Part shown: positions 31,101 through 42,400 of the stretch, in pieces
Position numbering within the stretch: position 1 is the stretch's first letter
How the letters are laid out: every line of letters begins with the position of its first letter
Origin: an uncultured Acidobacteriota bacterium
GTDB lineage: Bacteria; Acidobacteriota; Polarisedimenticolia; J045
Length of the DNA stretch: 64,000 nt
Direction: 5' to 3'
Assembly (NCBI GenBank): GCA_963702425.1
Contig: CAVPCQ010000016.1
Coordinates: 64,001-128,000, forward strand
The notes under the pieces: model-generated
Seen by the model: the letters and a program-made list of their open reading frames with translations, nothing else
What the model was told of the DNA's origin: nothing
Databases searched by the model: none
Made by a program: the position numbers and the translations under genes

Positions 31101-32843
31101 CGGCCGACGTTCTCCTGCGCCGACGGTGTCACCTTCCGCCTCGTCGACCAGGACCTGAACCGCAGCCCGGTCGCGGTCGACACCGCGGTCGTGCTCGTGA
31201 CCAGCACCACGGAGCCCACGGGCGAGTGGGTGACGATCATCGAGACCGGTGCCAACACCTCACGCTTCAACGGCTCGATCGCGACTGCGGGCGGCGCGCC
31301 GGCCGCGGACGGGACGCTCCAGACCTCGAACGGCGACGTCATCAGCGTGACCTACCAGGACGCCGACGACGGCACGGGCGAGTCGCACATCTCCTACGCG
31401 ACCTCGGTCGCGGACTGCGCCGGGCCGAAGATCGCCTCGGTCTCCGTCGACACGATCACGAACGCCCGGGCGACGATCCACTTCACGACCTCCGAGCCGT
31501 CGGACACGGTCGTCGAATGGGGCACCACGCCGGCCCTGGGCCAGGTGACGAGCAATACCTCCAGGGTCACCACCCACGACACCCTGCTCAACCAGTTCGA
31601 CTCCTGCCAGACGGTCTGGTTCCGGGTCAAGACGACCGACCAGTACGGCAACCTGCGCGTCGCGGACGACGGCGGCCAGCCGTTCTTCTTCCACACCTCG
31701 CTGATCCCGGGCCTCTACTACCACGAGTCGTTCGAGAACAATCCGGTGGGCTGGACGCTCCAGGGGGAGTGGGAGATCGGCGAGCCCAGGGGGCTCGGCG
31801 CGTACGGCGGCGGCGCGGACCCGGCCGCGGCGTACAACAACCGCAGGACCCTCGGTCACGACCAGACCGGCCGCGGGGCGAACCTCGGCCGCTACGAGCC
31901 CGGCGTGAACGAGAAGGCACGGATGCCGGTGCAGACTGCGACGACGTGGACGCACACCAAGCTGATGCTCTATCGCCACCTCGTCGCCGGCTCCGGCGAC
32001 GACGCCGCGATCTGGATCTTCGCACCGGCCGGCCTGCCGCTCTTCCGCACCGACAACGCCCTGACGATCGACCAGGGCTACCAGCTCGCCACGTGGGACC
32101 TCAGCGGGCAGATCGACGGCAAGCCCTCGGTCTTCCTCGAGTTCCAGCAGAAGGCGAACGGCGCGGACCAGTACGCCGGCTGGACGGTGGACGAGATCAT
32201 CTTCAAGGACGGCAGCAAGCCCGACTTCGGACCGTGCGGCAACTGCGGCAGCGCGCCGACCTTCGCCGGCGCGACGTCCGCGATCGACAACAACGCCTGC
32301 GGCGCGACCGGCGTCACGGTCTCCTGGGACGGCGCCCCCGCGTGGGGGACCGGTGCGAGCGGAACCTACTCCGTCTACCGCGGCACCACGCCGGGCTTCG
32401 CCGCGGACCCGGCGCACCGCGTCGCCAAGGGCGTCGTCGGGCTCTCCTACAACGACACTACCGCGCCCGCGGGGACGCTCTACTACCTCGTCCGGGCGGA
32501 GAACGACGAGACCTGCTCCAGCGGACCGCAGAACGGCGGCCTCGTCGATGACAACGCGGTCTATGTCCCGGTGACGGAAACGACCAGCCGGCCGACGCCC
32601 GCGGGAATCGGCGGCCTGGCCGTTTCCCGGCCGTCGCTGTCCCACATTCGGCTGTCGTGGTCGGCCGCCTCCGGCGCCACGGCCTACCGCGTCTTCCGCT
32701 CGCTCTCCCCCGCTCCCGGCGGCTTCGGCGTGCTGGGCGAGGCGAGCGGGCTCACCTTCGACGATCTCGGCTCGGGCGCCACGCTCGAGACCTACTTCTA
32801 CCTGGTCCGCGGCCTCAACCCCTGCGGCACGGAAGGTCCTTAG
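28131..32843 (+). CDS. large secreted zinc metallopeptidase (M4/M36-like with FTP/PepSY-like propeptide) + multidomain beta-sandwich tail
   Basis: GGAGG RBS, signal peptide, FRQVVNGVPVEG and IDAATG propeptide motifs, NAYWNG, HEWGH, SEAYAD; FN3-like tail. Confidence 0.85.
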   Translation: MSVGVASRVVIRPAILVVALALLLALPAAAFQPRPTAERFDHLAVAHPGATIGRVGVSTTALPSGDPLRTGWEAFVARQDGGWEAWIDERSGLPSLAIGRGISWTPAGAATTLDELAAKALQFLEQNRLLLGDWAGQIELDRAASGLLDGRIWQISFRQVVNGVPVEGSRYDFQVADGNLVAFGATAWGKVRTSPIPRLSADEAHASLMQNLGTAAPSTLELRGIPELRLVPVDPAGATAAAWNGPRGEGYGHRLVWRFTLSVPGESPTWVAEIDAATGTVAALFDDTRYERIKGGVYPISDDQLCPSGCEQPDYPMPFADYSVDGVAQPPTGDHGLYECSPPGATVTTRLAGPYVRVQDNCGPISESTTCDNPLDLRAGPGTDCVVPEGSSAGNTHSSRSGFFHLNRSMEKGRAWLPANNWLKQQLVDNVNINSTCNAYWNGAVNFYKSGGGCRNTGEIMGVFVHEWGHGIDANDGGGYDNPSEAYADVVALFETRESCVGRGFYESQNCDGYGNACINCTGIRDQDWDKHVNHAPSTPSGFIQNNCGGGGGPCGKEEHCEGYLAGETVWDLAARDLVTTGGLDPDSAWQLAEKLFYVSRGGSGGNAYNCSLPNADGCATTSWFQKFRVVDDDDGNLNNGTPHAASIFAAFNRHGIACGTAADNSNKNSSTCPALAKPVITTKALTNAVELTWGAVTNAAKYKILRSDLGCDRGQIIIDSPAAPATTYTDFDLANDFTVYYRVQAVGSNGACESAVSNCVGASAAPFAGNVRFLAGTYGCSNTITLRVRDANVVGSSVTVTVWSTTEPVRETLVLNETAPGSGKFEGTIVTTSAPPQTGDGALSIQNGDTLTAEYIDANDGSGGFNIARQHTATGDCVFPVVTGVRDEGVTDVAATVKWDTDELSDTLLLWGPTKPPSTSTAGAPRVAAHEVRLNGLTSCTTYWYEVRSTDPAGNIARSDNGGAWYHFETLGNFGDGLQPCHAGRVTFDRPTFSCADGVTFRLVDQDLNRSPVAVDTAVVLVTSTTEPTGEWVTIIETGANTSRFNGSIATAGGAPAADGTLQTSNGDVISVTYQDADDGTGESHISYATSVADCAGPKIASVSVDTITNARATIHFTTSEPSDTVVEWGTTPALGQVTSNTSRVTTHDTLLNQFDSCQTVWFRVKTTDQYGNLRVADDGGQPFFFHTSLIPGLYYHESFENNPVGWTLQGEWEIGEPRGLGAYGGGADPAAAYNNRRTLGHDQTGRGANLGRYEPGVNEKARMPVQTATTWTHTKLMLYRHLVAGSGDDAAIWIFAPAGLPLFRTDNALTIDQGYQLATWDLSGQIDGKPSVFLEFQQKANGADQYAGWTVDEIIFKDGSKPDFGPCGNCGSAPTFAGATSAIDNNACGATGVTVSWDGAPAWGTGASGTYSVYRGTTPGFAADPAHRVAKGVVGLSYNDTTAPAGTLYYLVRAENDETCSSGPQNGGLVDDNAVYVPVTETTSRPTPAGIGGLAVSRPSLSHIRLSWSAASGATAYRVFRSLSPAPGGFGVLGEASGLTFDDLGSGATLETYFYLVRGLNPCGTEGP

Positions 32844-32855
32844 TCCACCGGAAAG

Positions 32856-35800
32856 GTGAAGGTACAGATCATGACGCGCGCGCTCGTCGCCCTGGTGGTG
32901 GTGCTCGGCTTCACCTTCACGCTGGGCGGCGAGCCCGCGCTGCTGATCCGGCTCGATCGGCGCGGGCCGTCCGACCTTTCTGCGCTTGCCGCGGACGGTG
33001 TTCCGGTCGTCCTCGATGCCCAGACGCTGCTGCTGGTCCACGGTGACGCTGCGCGACTGGCGTGGCTGCTGGAGCGCGGCTGGAGCGCCTCCGTCGTCGA
33101 CACCGGCCCCGGCCGATGGGACTACGTCCAGGCCGGGCTGCGCGACGACAGCGACATCGGTGCGCTCACGGTCGCCGGGCCGATCGTGATGTCGGCCGAG
33201 AACTGGGTCCTGGTGCGGATCCCGGCCGGCGCATCGCTCGAGCCGCTGACCCGCGCCGGGGCCTTCCTCTACCGGCTCCCGCGGCACGGCATCGCCCCGC
33301 CGCGGGTCCCCTCCGAACCGGCCGAGACGCGCTCCGACTTCGGCTCCCCCGACCCGATCGTTCAGAAGATCGTGTCCGCCGTCAGCCCGGCACAGATCGA
33401 CGACAACTGGCTCGACCTGACCACCAACCCACCGACCGGCACGCGCTTCTCATCCGCACAGGGTTGCCGCGACTCCGCGACCTACTGCCGCGACGTCTTC
33501 GCCGGCCTCGGCCTCGGCGCCGAGCTGCAGAACTGGAGCGTCTCCCACGCGCCGAACGCGATCGGCACCCGCCAGGGGGCGATCGACCCCTCCAAGGTCT
33601 ACATCGTGATCGGACACCTCGACGACCTTCCTTCGAGCGGGCCGGCCCCGGGCGCCGACGACAACGCCTCGGGCACCGTCAACGTCCTCGAGAACGCGCG
33701 CGCGATGAACTGCTGGGCCTTCCGCAACACCGTGAAGTACATCGCCTGTACCGGCGAGGAGCAGGGCCTGCTGGGCTCCGACGCCTACGCCCAGGACGCG
33801 CTGAACCGCGGCGAGGACATCCGCGGCGTGATCAACATGGACATGATCGCGTGGGCCGGGAACAACGCCCCCAATCCGGAGAATCTCGACCTCAACTACA
33901 ACGGCCCGTCCCAGTGGCTGGGCGAGAAGTTCGCCGACGCGGCCACGACGTACGGCACCGGCCTCGTGGTCGACGCCTTCTACTGCCCGTCGCTGACCGC
34001 CTCCGACCACGCCTCGTTCTGGGAGCGCGGCTGGCCGGCCGTCTGCGGGATCACCGACAACGAAGGCTACTGCGGCCACGCCGGGAATTACCCCTACTAC
34101 CACCAGTCGACCGACACGATCGCCAACTGCGGCGACAAGCAGTTCTTCTACTCCGTCGTGAAGACCTCGGCCGCGACGCTGGCGGAGCTCGCCGGGGCGT
34201 TCAAGATCTCGTTCTCGAAGCCGACCTACGCCTGCGGAACGAACCTGACGGTCGTGCTCGGCGATCGCGACAAGGACACCAACCCGGCCACGCGCGAAAC
34301 GGTGGCGGTCGAGGTCTGGAGCGACACCGAGACCGTGCCCGAGACGCTCGTCCTCACCGAGCGCACGGTGCACTCGATGATCTTCGACGCCGTCCTGCCG
34401 ACGACGACCGCCCCCCCGCTCACCGGGGACGGGCTGCTGTCGGTGGCCCCCGGCGACGCGCTTCACGCCCGCTACGTCGACGCGCTCGACTGCGACGGCG
34501 GGACGAACGTCCCCTACCTCGCCGACGCGCGCGTCGACTGCGTCGGCCCGGCGATCTCGGCGGTCGGCACGACGGGGGTCAGCGACACCGCGGCGAGGAT
34601 CGTCTGGACGACCGACGAGGCCTCCGACAGCGTCGCGACCTGGGGACCCGTGAAGCCGCCGGCCACGACGACGCCCGGGAACCGCGACACGACCGCGCAC
34701 GAGGTCAGCCTCTCGGGGCTGCAGTCCTGCACCGTCTACTGGTTCGACACGCGCTCAGCGGACGGCGCCGGCAACCTCGCGCTGGCCGACAACGGCGGCA
34801 CGTACTTCCACTTCGAGACGCTGGGGAACTTCGGCAGCGGGCTGCAGCCCTGCCACGCGGGCCGCGTGTCGATCGACAGGCCGACCTTCGCCTGCTCCGA
34901 GGCGGCGACCTTCCGGGTCACCGACATCGACCTCAACACCAATCCCGGGGTCGCGGAAACGGTGCTGCTCCAGGCCTCGTCGACCACGGAGCCGGCCGGC
35001 GAGTGGATCACGGCGACCGAGACGGGGCCGAACACTTCGGTCTTCGCCGCGTCGATTCCGCTGCAGGCGGGCTCGCCCACGCCCGGCGACGGCGTCGCTG
35101 GCCGTCGCAGACGGCGACACGCTGACCGCGACCTATCGCGACGCCGACGACGGCGCGGGGGCGCGCGCGATCTCGTACGCGACGGCGGCGCTGGACTGCG
35201 CCGGACCGCTCGTCTCGAACCTGCGCGCCGAGGCGATCACCGACGTCCGGGCGACGATCCGCTTCACGACCGCCGAGCCTGGCGACACCGTCGTCGAGTG
35301 GGGCACGACCCCGGCGCTCGGCCAGACGATCACGAACGCTGCGCTCGTGCTCGAGCACGCGGCGACGATCAACCAGGGGAACAGCTGCCAGGCGCTCTAC
35401 TTCCGCGTCCGGTCGAAGGACCAGTTCGGCAACGAGCGGGTCGCCTCGGAGGGGGGCGCGCCGTACCAGCTCCAGGTCGGCCGGATCCCGGGGCTCTACT
35501 GGAAGGAGAGCTTCGAGAGCGGAACGAACGGCTGGACGCTGCAGGGCGACTGGGAGATCGGTGCGCCGCAGGGCAAGGGCGGCTCCGGCGGCGGCCGGCC
35601 CGATCCCGCCGTGGCCTACAACCAGGGCAGGTCGCTCGGCCACGACCTGAGCGGCAAGGGGACCTTCCCCGGCGACTACGAGCCGGGGAGGACGGAGTTC
35701 GCCCGCAGCGCCGCGCTCAACGGCACGACCTGGCAGCGCACGAAACTGCTCTTCCAGCGCCGGCTGAACAGCGGCGCCGGTGACCAGGCCACCGCCTGGA

Positions 35801-36627
35801 TCTACGCGCCGAGCGGCACCAGTTTCTACAACTCGAACAACCTGCCGGTGATCGAAAGCGAATGGTCGCTGCAGAGCATCGACGTGCGCTCGGCGGTCGA
35901 CGGCAAGCCCTCGGTGCAGATCGAGTTCCGCCAGAAGTCCGACGGCGCGGGCAACTTCTCGGGCTGGAACGTCGACGAGATCATCTTCAAGGACGGCGCG
36001 CTGCCCGACTACGGCGCCTGTGGCGGCTGCGGGGCCGCGCCCTCCTTTGCCGGGGCGAGCGGCGCCGTGGACACCGACGCCTGCGGCGCCGGCGGCGTGA
36101 CGGTGTCCTGGCAGCGGAGCGCCGCCTGGGGCTCGGGAGCCGGCGGCAGCTACGCCGTCTACCGCGGGCCGGCTCCCGGTTTCCCGGCCGACGCGGCGCA
36201 CCGCGTCGCGAGCGGCGTGACCGCGCTCGCCACCACCGACGCCGGCGCGCCGGATGGCGCGCTCCACTACCTCGTCCGCGCCGAGAACGACGAAACCTGC
36301 TCGACGGGTCCCGGCAACGGCGGCGTGATGGACGACAACGCCGTCTACGTTCCGGTGACCAACACGGGGGTCCGGCCGCTGCCGGCCGAGGTCCGGACGC
36401 TCGCGGTCTCGATCGTCGGCGGTGCGCACGTCCACCTGGCCTGGAGTCCCGTGGCCGAGGCGCCGCGAACCCGCGTCTACCGCGCGCTGGCGCCGGAGCC
36501 GGGCGGGTTCTCGACGATCGGCGAGAGCACCGGGGCCGCATTCGACGATCTCGGCCAGGGAGCCGACCTCGAGACCTACTTCTACCTGGTGCGCGGCGTC
36601 AACGCCTGCGGCCAGGAAGGCCCCTAG
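32856..36627 (+). CDS. secreted M28 family peptidase + same multidomain tail (one frameshift ~35097)
   Basis: GHLDD, GADDNASG, GEEQGLLGS, NMDM, SDH, YYH; removing one G at ~35097 restores GDGVLAVADGDTLT and joins the 35347-36627 ORF. Confidence 0.85.
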
Positions 36628-36638
36628 CGGCGCGCTCG

Positions 36639-37028
36639 ATGACAAAGCGCCCGAACAGGACGATCGATCGCGAGCGGCTGGTCGGCGGCTGGCGGCTCGT
36701 CACCTATGACCACATCGACATACGCGACCGCCGTCGTCCGGCGGCGGCCTGGTTCGACGGTCTCGTCGTCTTCGAGCCCGGCGGCTACCTGACCGTCGTG
36801 ATCAACCGCGACGCGCCTGCCGACCGGCCGCAGGACGGGACGATCGCCTACGGCGCACGGTACGAACTGGACGGCAACACGATCCGCAACGAGGTCCGCG
36901 TCGCGAGCGTGCGCCACTGGGTCGGCACCGTGCTCGAGCGGACCGCGACCCTCGACGGCGACCGGATCACCTTCGCGACCGCGAAGTCCGAATCCGGCCA
37001 CTACGAGCTGATCTGGGAGCGGCTGTAG
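36639..37028 (+). CDS. lipocalin-like domain protein
   Basis: LVGGWRLV at the N-terminus, IAYGARY, C-terminal LIWERL; stop supplied by a REP GTAG. Confidence 0.7.
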   Translation: MTKRPNRTIDRERLVGGWRLVTYDHIDIRDRRRPAAAWFDGLVVFEPGGYLTVVINRDAPADRPQDGTIAYGARYELDGNTIRNEVRVASVRHWVGTVLERTATLDGDRITFATAKSESGHYELIWERL

Positions 37029-37184
37029 GGGCCGGCCTCTGTGCCGGCCCGAAACGGGCCACGCGTTGGCCGGGCCGGCACAGAGGCCGGCCCCTACGGC
37101 GCCACGCGGAACGCGGTCGAGGCGAGCCGGGCCGGCACGGAGGCCGGCCCCTACGGCGCCACGCGGAACGCGGTCGAGGCGAGC
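37025..37184. repeat. REP cluster: forward REP 37025-37050, inverted REPs 37072-37097 and 37129-37154 in a 57-bp tandem duplication
   Basis: GTAGGGGCCGGCCTCTGTGCCGGCCC and its reverse complements; the duplicated unit contains the last ~34 nt of the convergent gene. Confidence 0.9.
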
Positions 37185-39283
37185 AGCCCCGGCGGGCGCG
37201 CGGCGGCGGGCGCTCCGGCCGTGCCGATCGACCCGGCCACCAACTCCGGATCCGCTGCCGTGTCGACGACGGCGAAGGTGTAGTGCCCCTCCGTCAGCGT
37301 GAACTCCGGGATCGTCAATCGCGCCTGCGTGCAGAAGGTCCCCGGGCCGTCCGGCTCGGCCAGCGCCAGCGCCGACTCGGGCATCGGCTGGACCGAGCGG
37401 GCCCCGTCGGGCGCGGTCGAGATCAGCAGGTGACGGACCTTCCGGCGCGCCTCGGCGCGATCCGGCCCGCACAGGACGTAGCTCAGGGACACGCGGTCGC
37501 CCCCGTCGGCCGGTCGCCCCTCGGTCACGACGCGGAACGACCCGCGCCCGCTCTCGCGCTTCGCCGCGGTCATGCCGGGCCGCCACACCAGATCGAGCCC
37601 CGACGCGGCCTCGACCCGCGCCGCCATCGCCGTCCACTCGTCGCGGCCCCCCTTGCGGAACACGACCGTACTCCGACCCGCGCCGGCGGCGTCGGCCTCG
37701 AGATCGGTGATCACGCCGCGCGCGACGTGGATGCCGTCCTTGCGGTAGGCGCAGGGCACCTCGATCGTGAACCCGGCACGGGCCCTGGGCGAAGGCAGCT
37801 TCGGCAGCCGGAGCGCGACCTCGCCGAGCGTCTCGCCGCCGACCTGGCAGACCGGGTCGAGCCCCGCCCCGTTGTCGCGCTGCACCACGGCATCGACGAG
37901 CAGGCGCGCGCCGAAGGTCCCGTCGGAAGCGGGGATCCAGGTCAGCTCGGACAGCGGGACGCGGAAGCGGGCGAGCAGGACCTCCTTCCCCTGGATCGTC
38001 GACGGGTAGTCGAGCATCACGGACACCGGGGGACGAACGAAGTCGTCGGGCGCCAGGAGGGCGGCGACGCGCCGGTGGGTCAGGCGCTCGGCCCGGGCCT
38101 CGATCGCGACCTGCGAGGGGGCCATCACGCGCAGCCCCCAGAGGTCCTTGAAGCGCTCGGTGTCGAGCTTGACCGCGAGAGAGTGGCGTCGCGTCGGACC
38201 GCCCGGCGGGACCGGCAGGCTGAAGAGGTAGTAGCACGAGAGCTGCTCGGCGGCGCCCGCGAGCGCCGCGCCGAGATCGGTGACGTTCCGGACGGCCCGG
38301 CCGCCGGAGTCGTTCGCCAGCGACGAGAGGATCTCCGAGTTTCCGCCCCCGCCGCTCAGCCCCTCGACGTCGACGGTCCAGATCGCGAACCCCTGCTGCG
38401 CGAGGTCGAGCACCGGGCGCAGGGTGCGCTCGAGCTTCTCGGATTCGGCCCCGAGGAAGCGGAAGCGCGGCGAGGAGAAGAGCACCGCCGCCTTGCGGCC
38501 CGGGAGGTGGGTGTGAGCCTGCAGCATCCCCTCCAGCGCGGCCAGCGTCGCCTGCGGGGAGTAGAGCCCGGCGCCGGACGTCGGCGCCGCGCCGGAGGTG
38601 TTGAACTCGAAGCTCTCCGCCCGGAGAGCGGTCGCGGCGGGCATTCAGCCCGAGCAGCCGCCCTTGCCCGAGCCGGCCGCCGCGACGACCGAAAGATCGT
38701 CGCTCGCCAGCACGCCCGCGATCGCGGCCTGGCCGCCGTCCCCGCGGAAGGCGACCGCGCGGATCGCCGCCGCCGCCTCGCGCAGCCGCGCCGGATCGCG
38801 CGTGAAGCCGGCCGTCAGCTCGCGGACCTGGCGGGTCAGGGCGTAGACCTTGTAGACCTCCGGCCGCGCCGCGGCGCCCGCCGCGACGCCGTCGATCGCG
38901 TCCGCGACCTTCGCGCGGCCGCGCGCGTCGACGTAGTTGAAATCGACGATCACGAGGATCGGCCGCGGCATCCCGTCCCCGACCGCGTCGCAGATCGGGT
39001 CGAAGCGCAGCGCCGCGCGCTCTTCCGTCGTCAGCGGCTGGCCGTCGAGCCGGAAGTCGAACTGCTCGGCGGTCAGGCCGGGGACGGACCGGTAGCTGCC
39101 GGCCTTGGGATCGACGACCGAGACGTCGACCTGCACGAGGCGAGCCTCGGCGCGCTCGACGAGATCGGTCGCCGCGTCCGGAGACGGGGCCGCCGGCGCC
39201 TCGGCGGGGCCGGCCCACGCGGCGGGGCACCCCGCCAGGATCGACGCGACGACGAGACGCGAGAAGAACGGTGAAGGCCGCAC
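37151..39283 (-). CDS. VWA-related domain secreted protein (frameshift ~38645)
   Basis: Signal peptide, ARLVQVDVSVVD..VPGLTAEQF, VDFNY, GRKAAVLFS, LSSLANDSGG, SCYYL; two ORFs in adjacent frames form one protein. Confidence 0.72.
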
Positions 39284-39469
39284 GGTCTCACCCCCCGGCG
39301 CAGTGCCGCTACACCGTTGGCAGGTTACGCGCCTCCGCGGCCTCCTGTCGAGTGGCATCGGGCTCGGGGACGCGGCCCCCCGCGGACCGGCTGCGAGCGC
39401 GTCCGCCCGCATCCGGGGTTCCCCCGGCGGTGCTTTCCCGGTACATTCCGGCAGCTCGGGGAGGTTCTC

Positions 39470-42400
39470 ATGAGGCCGATGTCCCGCCGTGCGGCGTGCG
39501 CCGCGTCCGTCCTGTTCGCCGTCCTGCTCGCGATCGTATCGGTTCCGCTCGCGTCGGCCGCCGGTTCAGCCGCGGCCCCGACCGGAGCCAAGCTGATGGG
39601 CGACCTGCCCGCGGTGCTCGACGCCGCGGGGCCGGGGGAGCGGATCCCGGTCTACTTCGTGCTCGCCGACCAGCTCGAGGGGGACGCGCTGCGCGCGCGG
39701 GTCGCCGCCCTCACCGCCGGGGCCGCGCCGCCGGCCGGCGCCGCGGGCAAGGCCGCGCGCCGCCAGGCCACCGTGAGCGCGCTGCGCGAGCACGCGACGC
39801 AGGCGCAGGCCGGGCTGCTGGCCGCGCTCCGCGCGCTCGAAGCGCAGGGCGCCGCCGCGCGCGTCCGCCCGCTCTGGATCGGCAACGTCGTCGGCGCCGA
39901 CCTGGCGCCGGACGCGGTCCGCGCGCTCGCGGCGCGGCCGGAGGTCGTGCGCGTCAACTGGAATCCCAAGCGCGACGTCTTCCTCGGCGCGCGCGCGAGT
40001 GCCGGACCGAGCGCCGCGCCGGCCGGCTGGCGCGCCCGCTACGGCCTGTCGCCGCTGGCGCCGGCCGGGACCGACGGCCCGGGCATCGACGCCCTCGAGT
40101 GCGGCGTCGTCAAGATGCGCGCACCCGAGGTCTGGAACGAGCTGGGCAACACCGGGGCCGGGGCCGTGATCGCGGTGATCGACACCGGCGTCTGCTGGAC
40201 CCACCCCGACATCGCGAACCAGATCTGGGTCAACCCGGGCGAGGACCTCAATCACAACGGCGTCGTGATGGACGCTGCCGACATGAACGGCGTCGACAAC
40301 GACGGCAACGGCTTCATCGACGACCTGATCGGCTGGAACTTCGACCTCAACACCAACCAGCCGACCGACGAGAACTCGCACGGCTCGCACTGCGCGGGGA
40401 CGGTGGCGGGGGACGGGACGGGCGGGAGCCAGTCCGGGATGGCGCCGGACGCGAAGATCATGGCGGTGCGGGTCGGGGTCAACTTCTCGGACGAGGTCGA
40501 CGTCTGGAACGCGATGCAGTACGCGGCGGCCAACGGCGCCGACGCGATCTCGATGAGCCTGGGCTGGCCGCACGGCCAGAACCCGGACCGGCCGACCTGG
40601 CGCACGAACTGCGAGAACACGATCAACGCCGGGACGGCGATGGTGATCGCGGCCGGCAACGAAGGCCAGGGCGCGGAGCCGGACAACGTCCGGACGCCGG
40701 GCGACGTGCCGCGGGTGATCACGGTCGGGGCGACCGACTGCAGCGACGTCGCGGCGGGGTTCTCGTCGCGCGGGCCGGTGACCTGGCAGGGGATCGCGCC
40801 GTGGAACGACTGGCCCTGGCCCCCGGGGCTGGTCAAGCCGGACATCTCGGCGCCGGGCGTGGACACACTGAGCCACGACGTCTGCTCGGGTTACTCGTAC
40901 AAGTCGGGAACGTCGATGGCGACGCCGCACGTCGCCGGCGCGGTCGCGCTGATCGTGGCGGCCAACCCCGGGCTCGAGCACGACGACATCAAGGCGCTCT
41001 TGGAAGAGACCTCCGTCGACCTCGGCGAGCCGGGCAAGGACAACACCTACGGCACCGGGCGCGTCGACGTCTACGAGGCGGTGCTGCTCTCCGGCTCGCG
41101 CGACGGGCGGATTGCGGTCAAGGAGCAAGCGGTGCGGTGCGGCGGGTCGCTCAACGTCACCGTCTCGGACACCGATCTCAAGAACTTCGGGACGATCCAG
41201 GTCACGGCCGTCTCGACGACGGAGACCGCACCCGAGAGCATCACGCTGACCGAAACCAATCCCGGCAGCGGCGCCTTCAAGGGCGTGGTCCCGATCGGCG
41301 GCGGCGCGCCGCAGGCCGACGGCGTGGTCCAGGCCGCCGACGGCGACACCGTGACCGTGACCTACGTCGACGCCGACAACGGCGCCGGCGGCCTCAACGT
41401 CCCCAAGTCCGACAGCGCCCCGGTCGACTGCAGCACGCCGCGGATCTCGGGCGTCAGCGCCGAGCCGACGATGACCTACGGCGCGATCATCCGCTGGACC
41501 ACCGACGAGGCGTCCGACAGCCTGGTCGACTACGGCAAGCAGATCCCGCCCGACCGCAGCACCCTCAACGGCGCCCCGACGACGCAGCACCAGGTGACGC
41601 TGACCGGGCTCGAGCAGTGCACGATCTACCGCTACCGGGTCAGCTCGACCGACCGGGTCGGCAACAAGGCGACCGACGACAACGGCGGCGCCTACTACTA
41701 CTTCGAGGTGATGGGCGACTTCGGCCAGGGGCCGCAGTCGTGCCACGCCGGCAAGACGACGCTCGACCGGGCGGTCTACTCCTGCGCCGACACGGCCACG
41801 CTCGAGGTCTCGGACATGGACCTCAACCTCGATCCCGGCGCGATCGACGGCGGCGATGCTGCTGGTCACGAGCACCACCGAGCCGGCGGGCGAATGGATC
41901 GCGGTGACGGAGACCGGCGCCAACAGCTCGCGCTTCCGCGGAACCGTCGCGACTGCCGGCGGGGCGCCCGCGCCCGACGGCCGGCTCCAGCTCGCCGAAG
42001 GCGACACCCTGACGGTCAGCTACCACGACGCCGACGACGGCGTCGGCAACCCCCGCTGGACGCTATGCGACCGCGATCGCCGACTGCGCCGGCCCCCGCA
42101 TCTCGGACCTTCGGATCGACACCATCACCGACGCGCGCGCGACGGTCCGCTTCACGACGGACGAGCCGGCGAGCGCGGTCGTCGAGTGGGGCACGACGCC
42201 GGCGCTGGGTCAGACCACGTCCCGCGCGTCGCTCCAGACGGCGCACGACGATGCTGCTCAACGACTTCAGCTCGTGCCAGCGCGCCTACGTCCGCGTGCG
42301 CGTCACCGACGAGCACGGCTACGAGACCGTGGCCGACAACCTCGGAACGCCGCACGCCTTCAGCCTCGGCCTGATCCCGGGCCTCTACTGGAAGGAGAGC

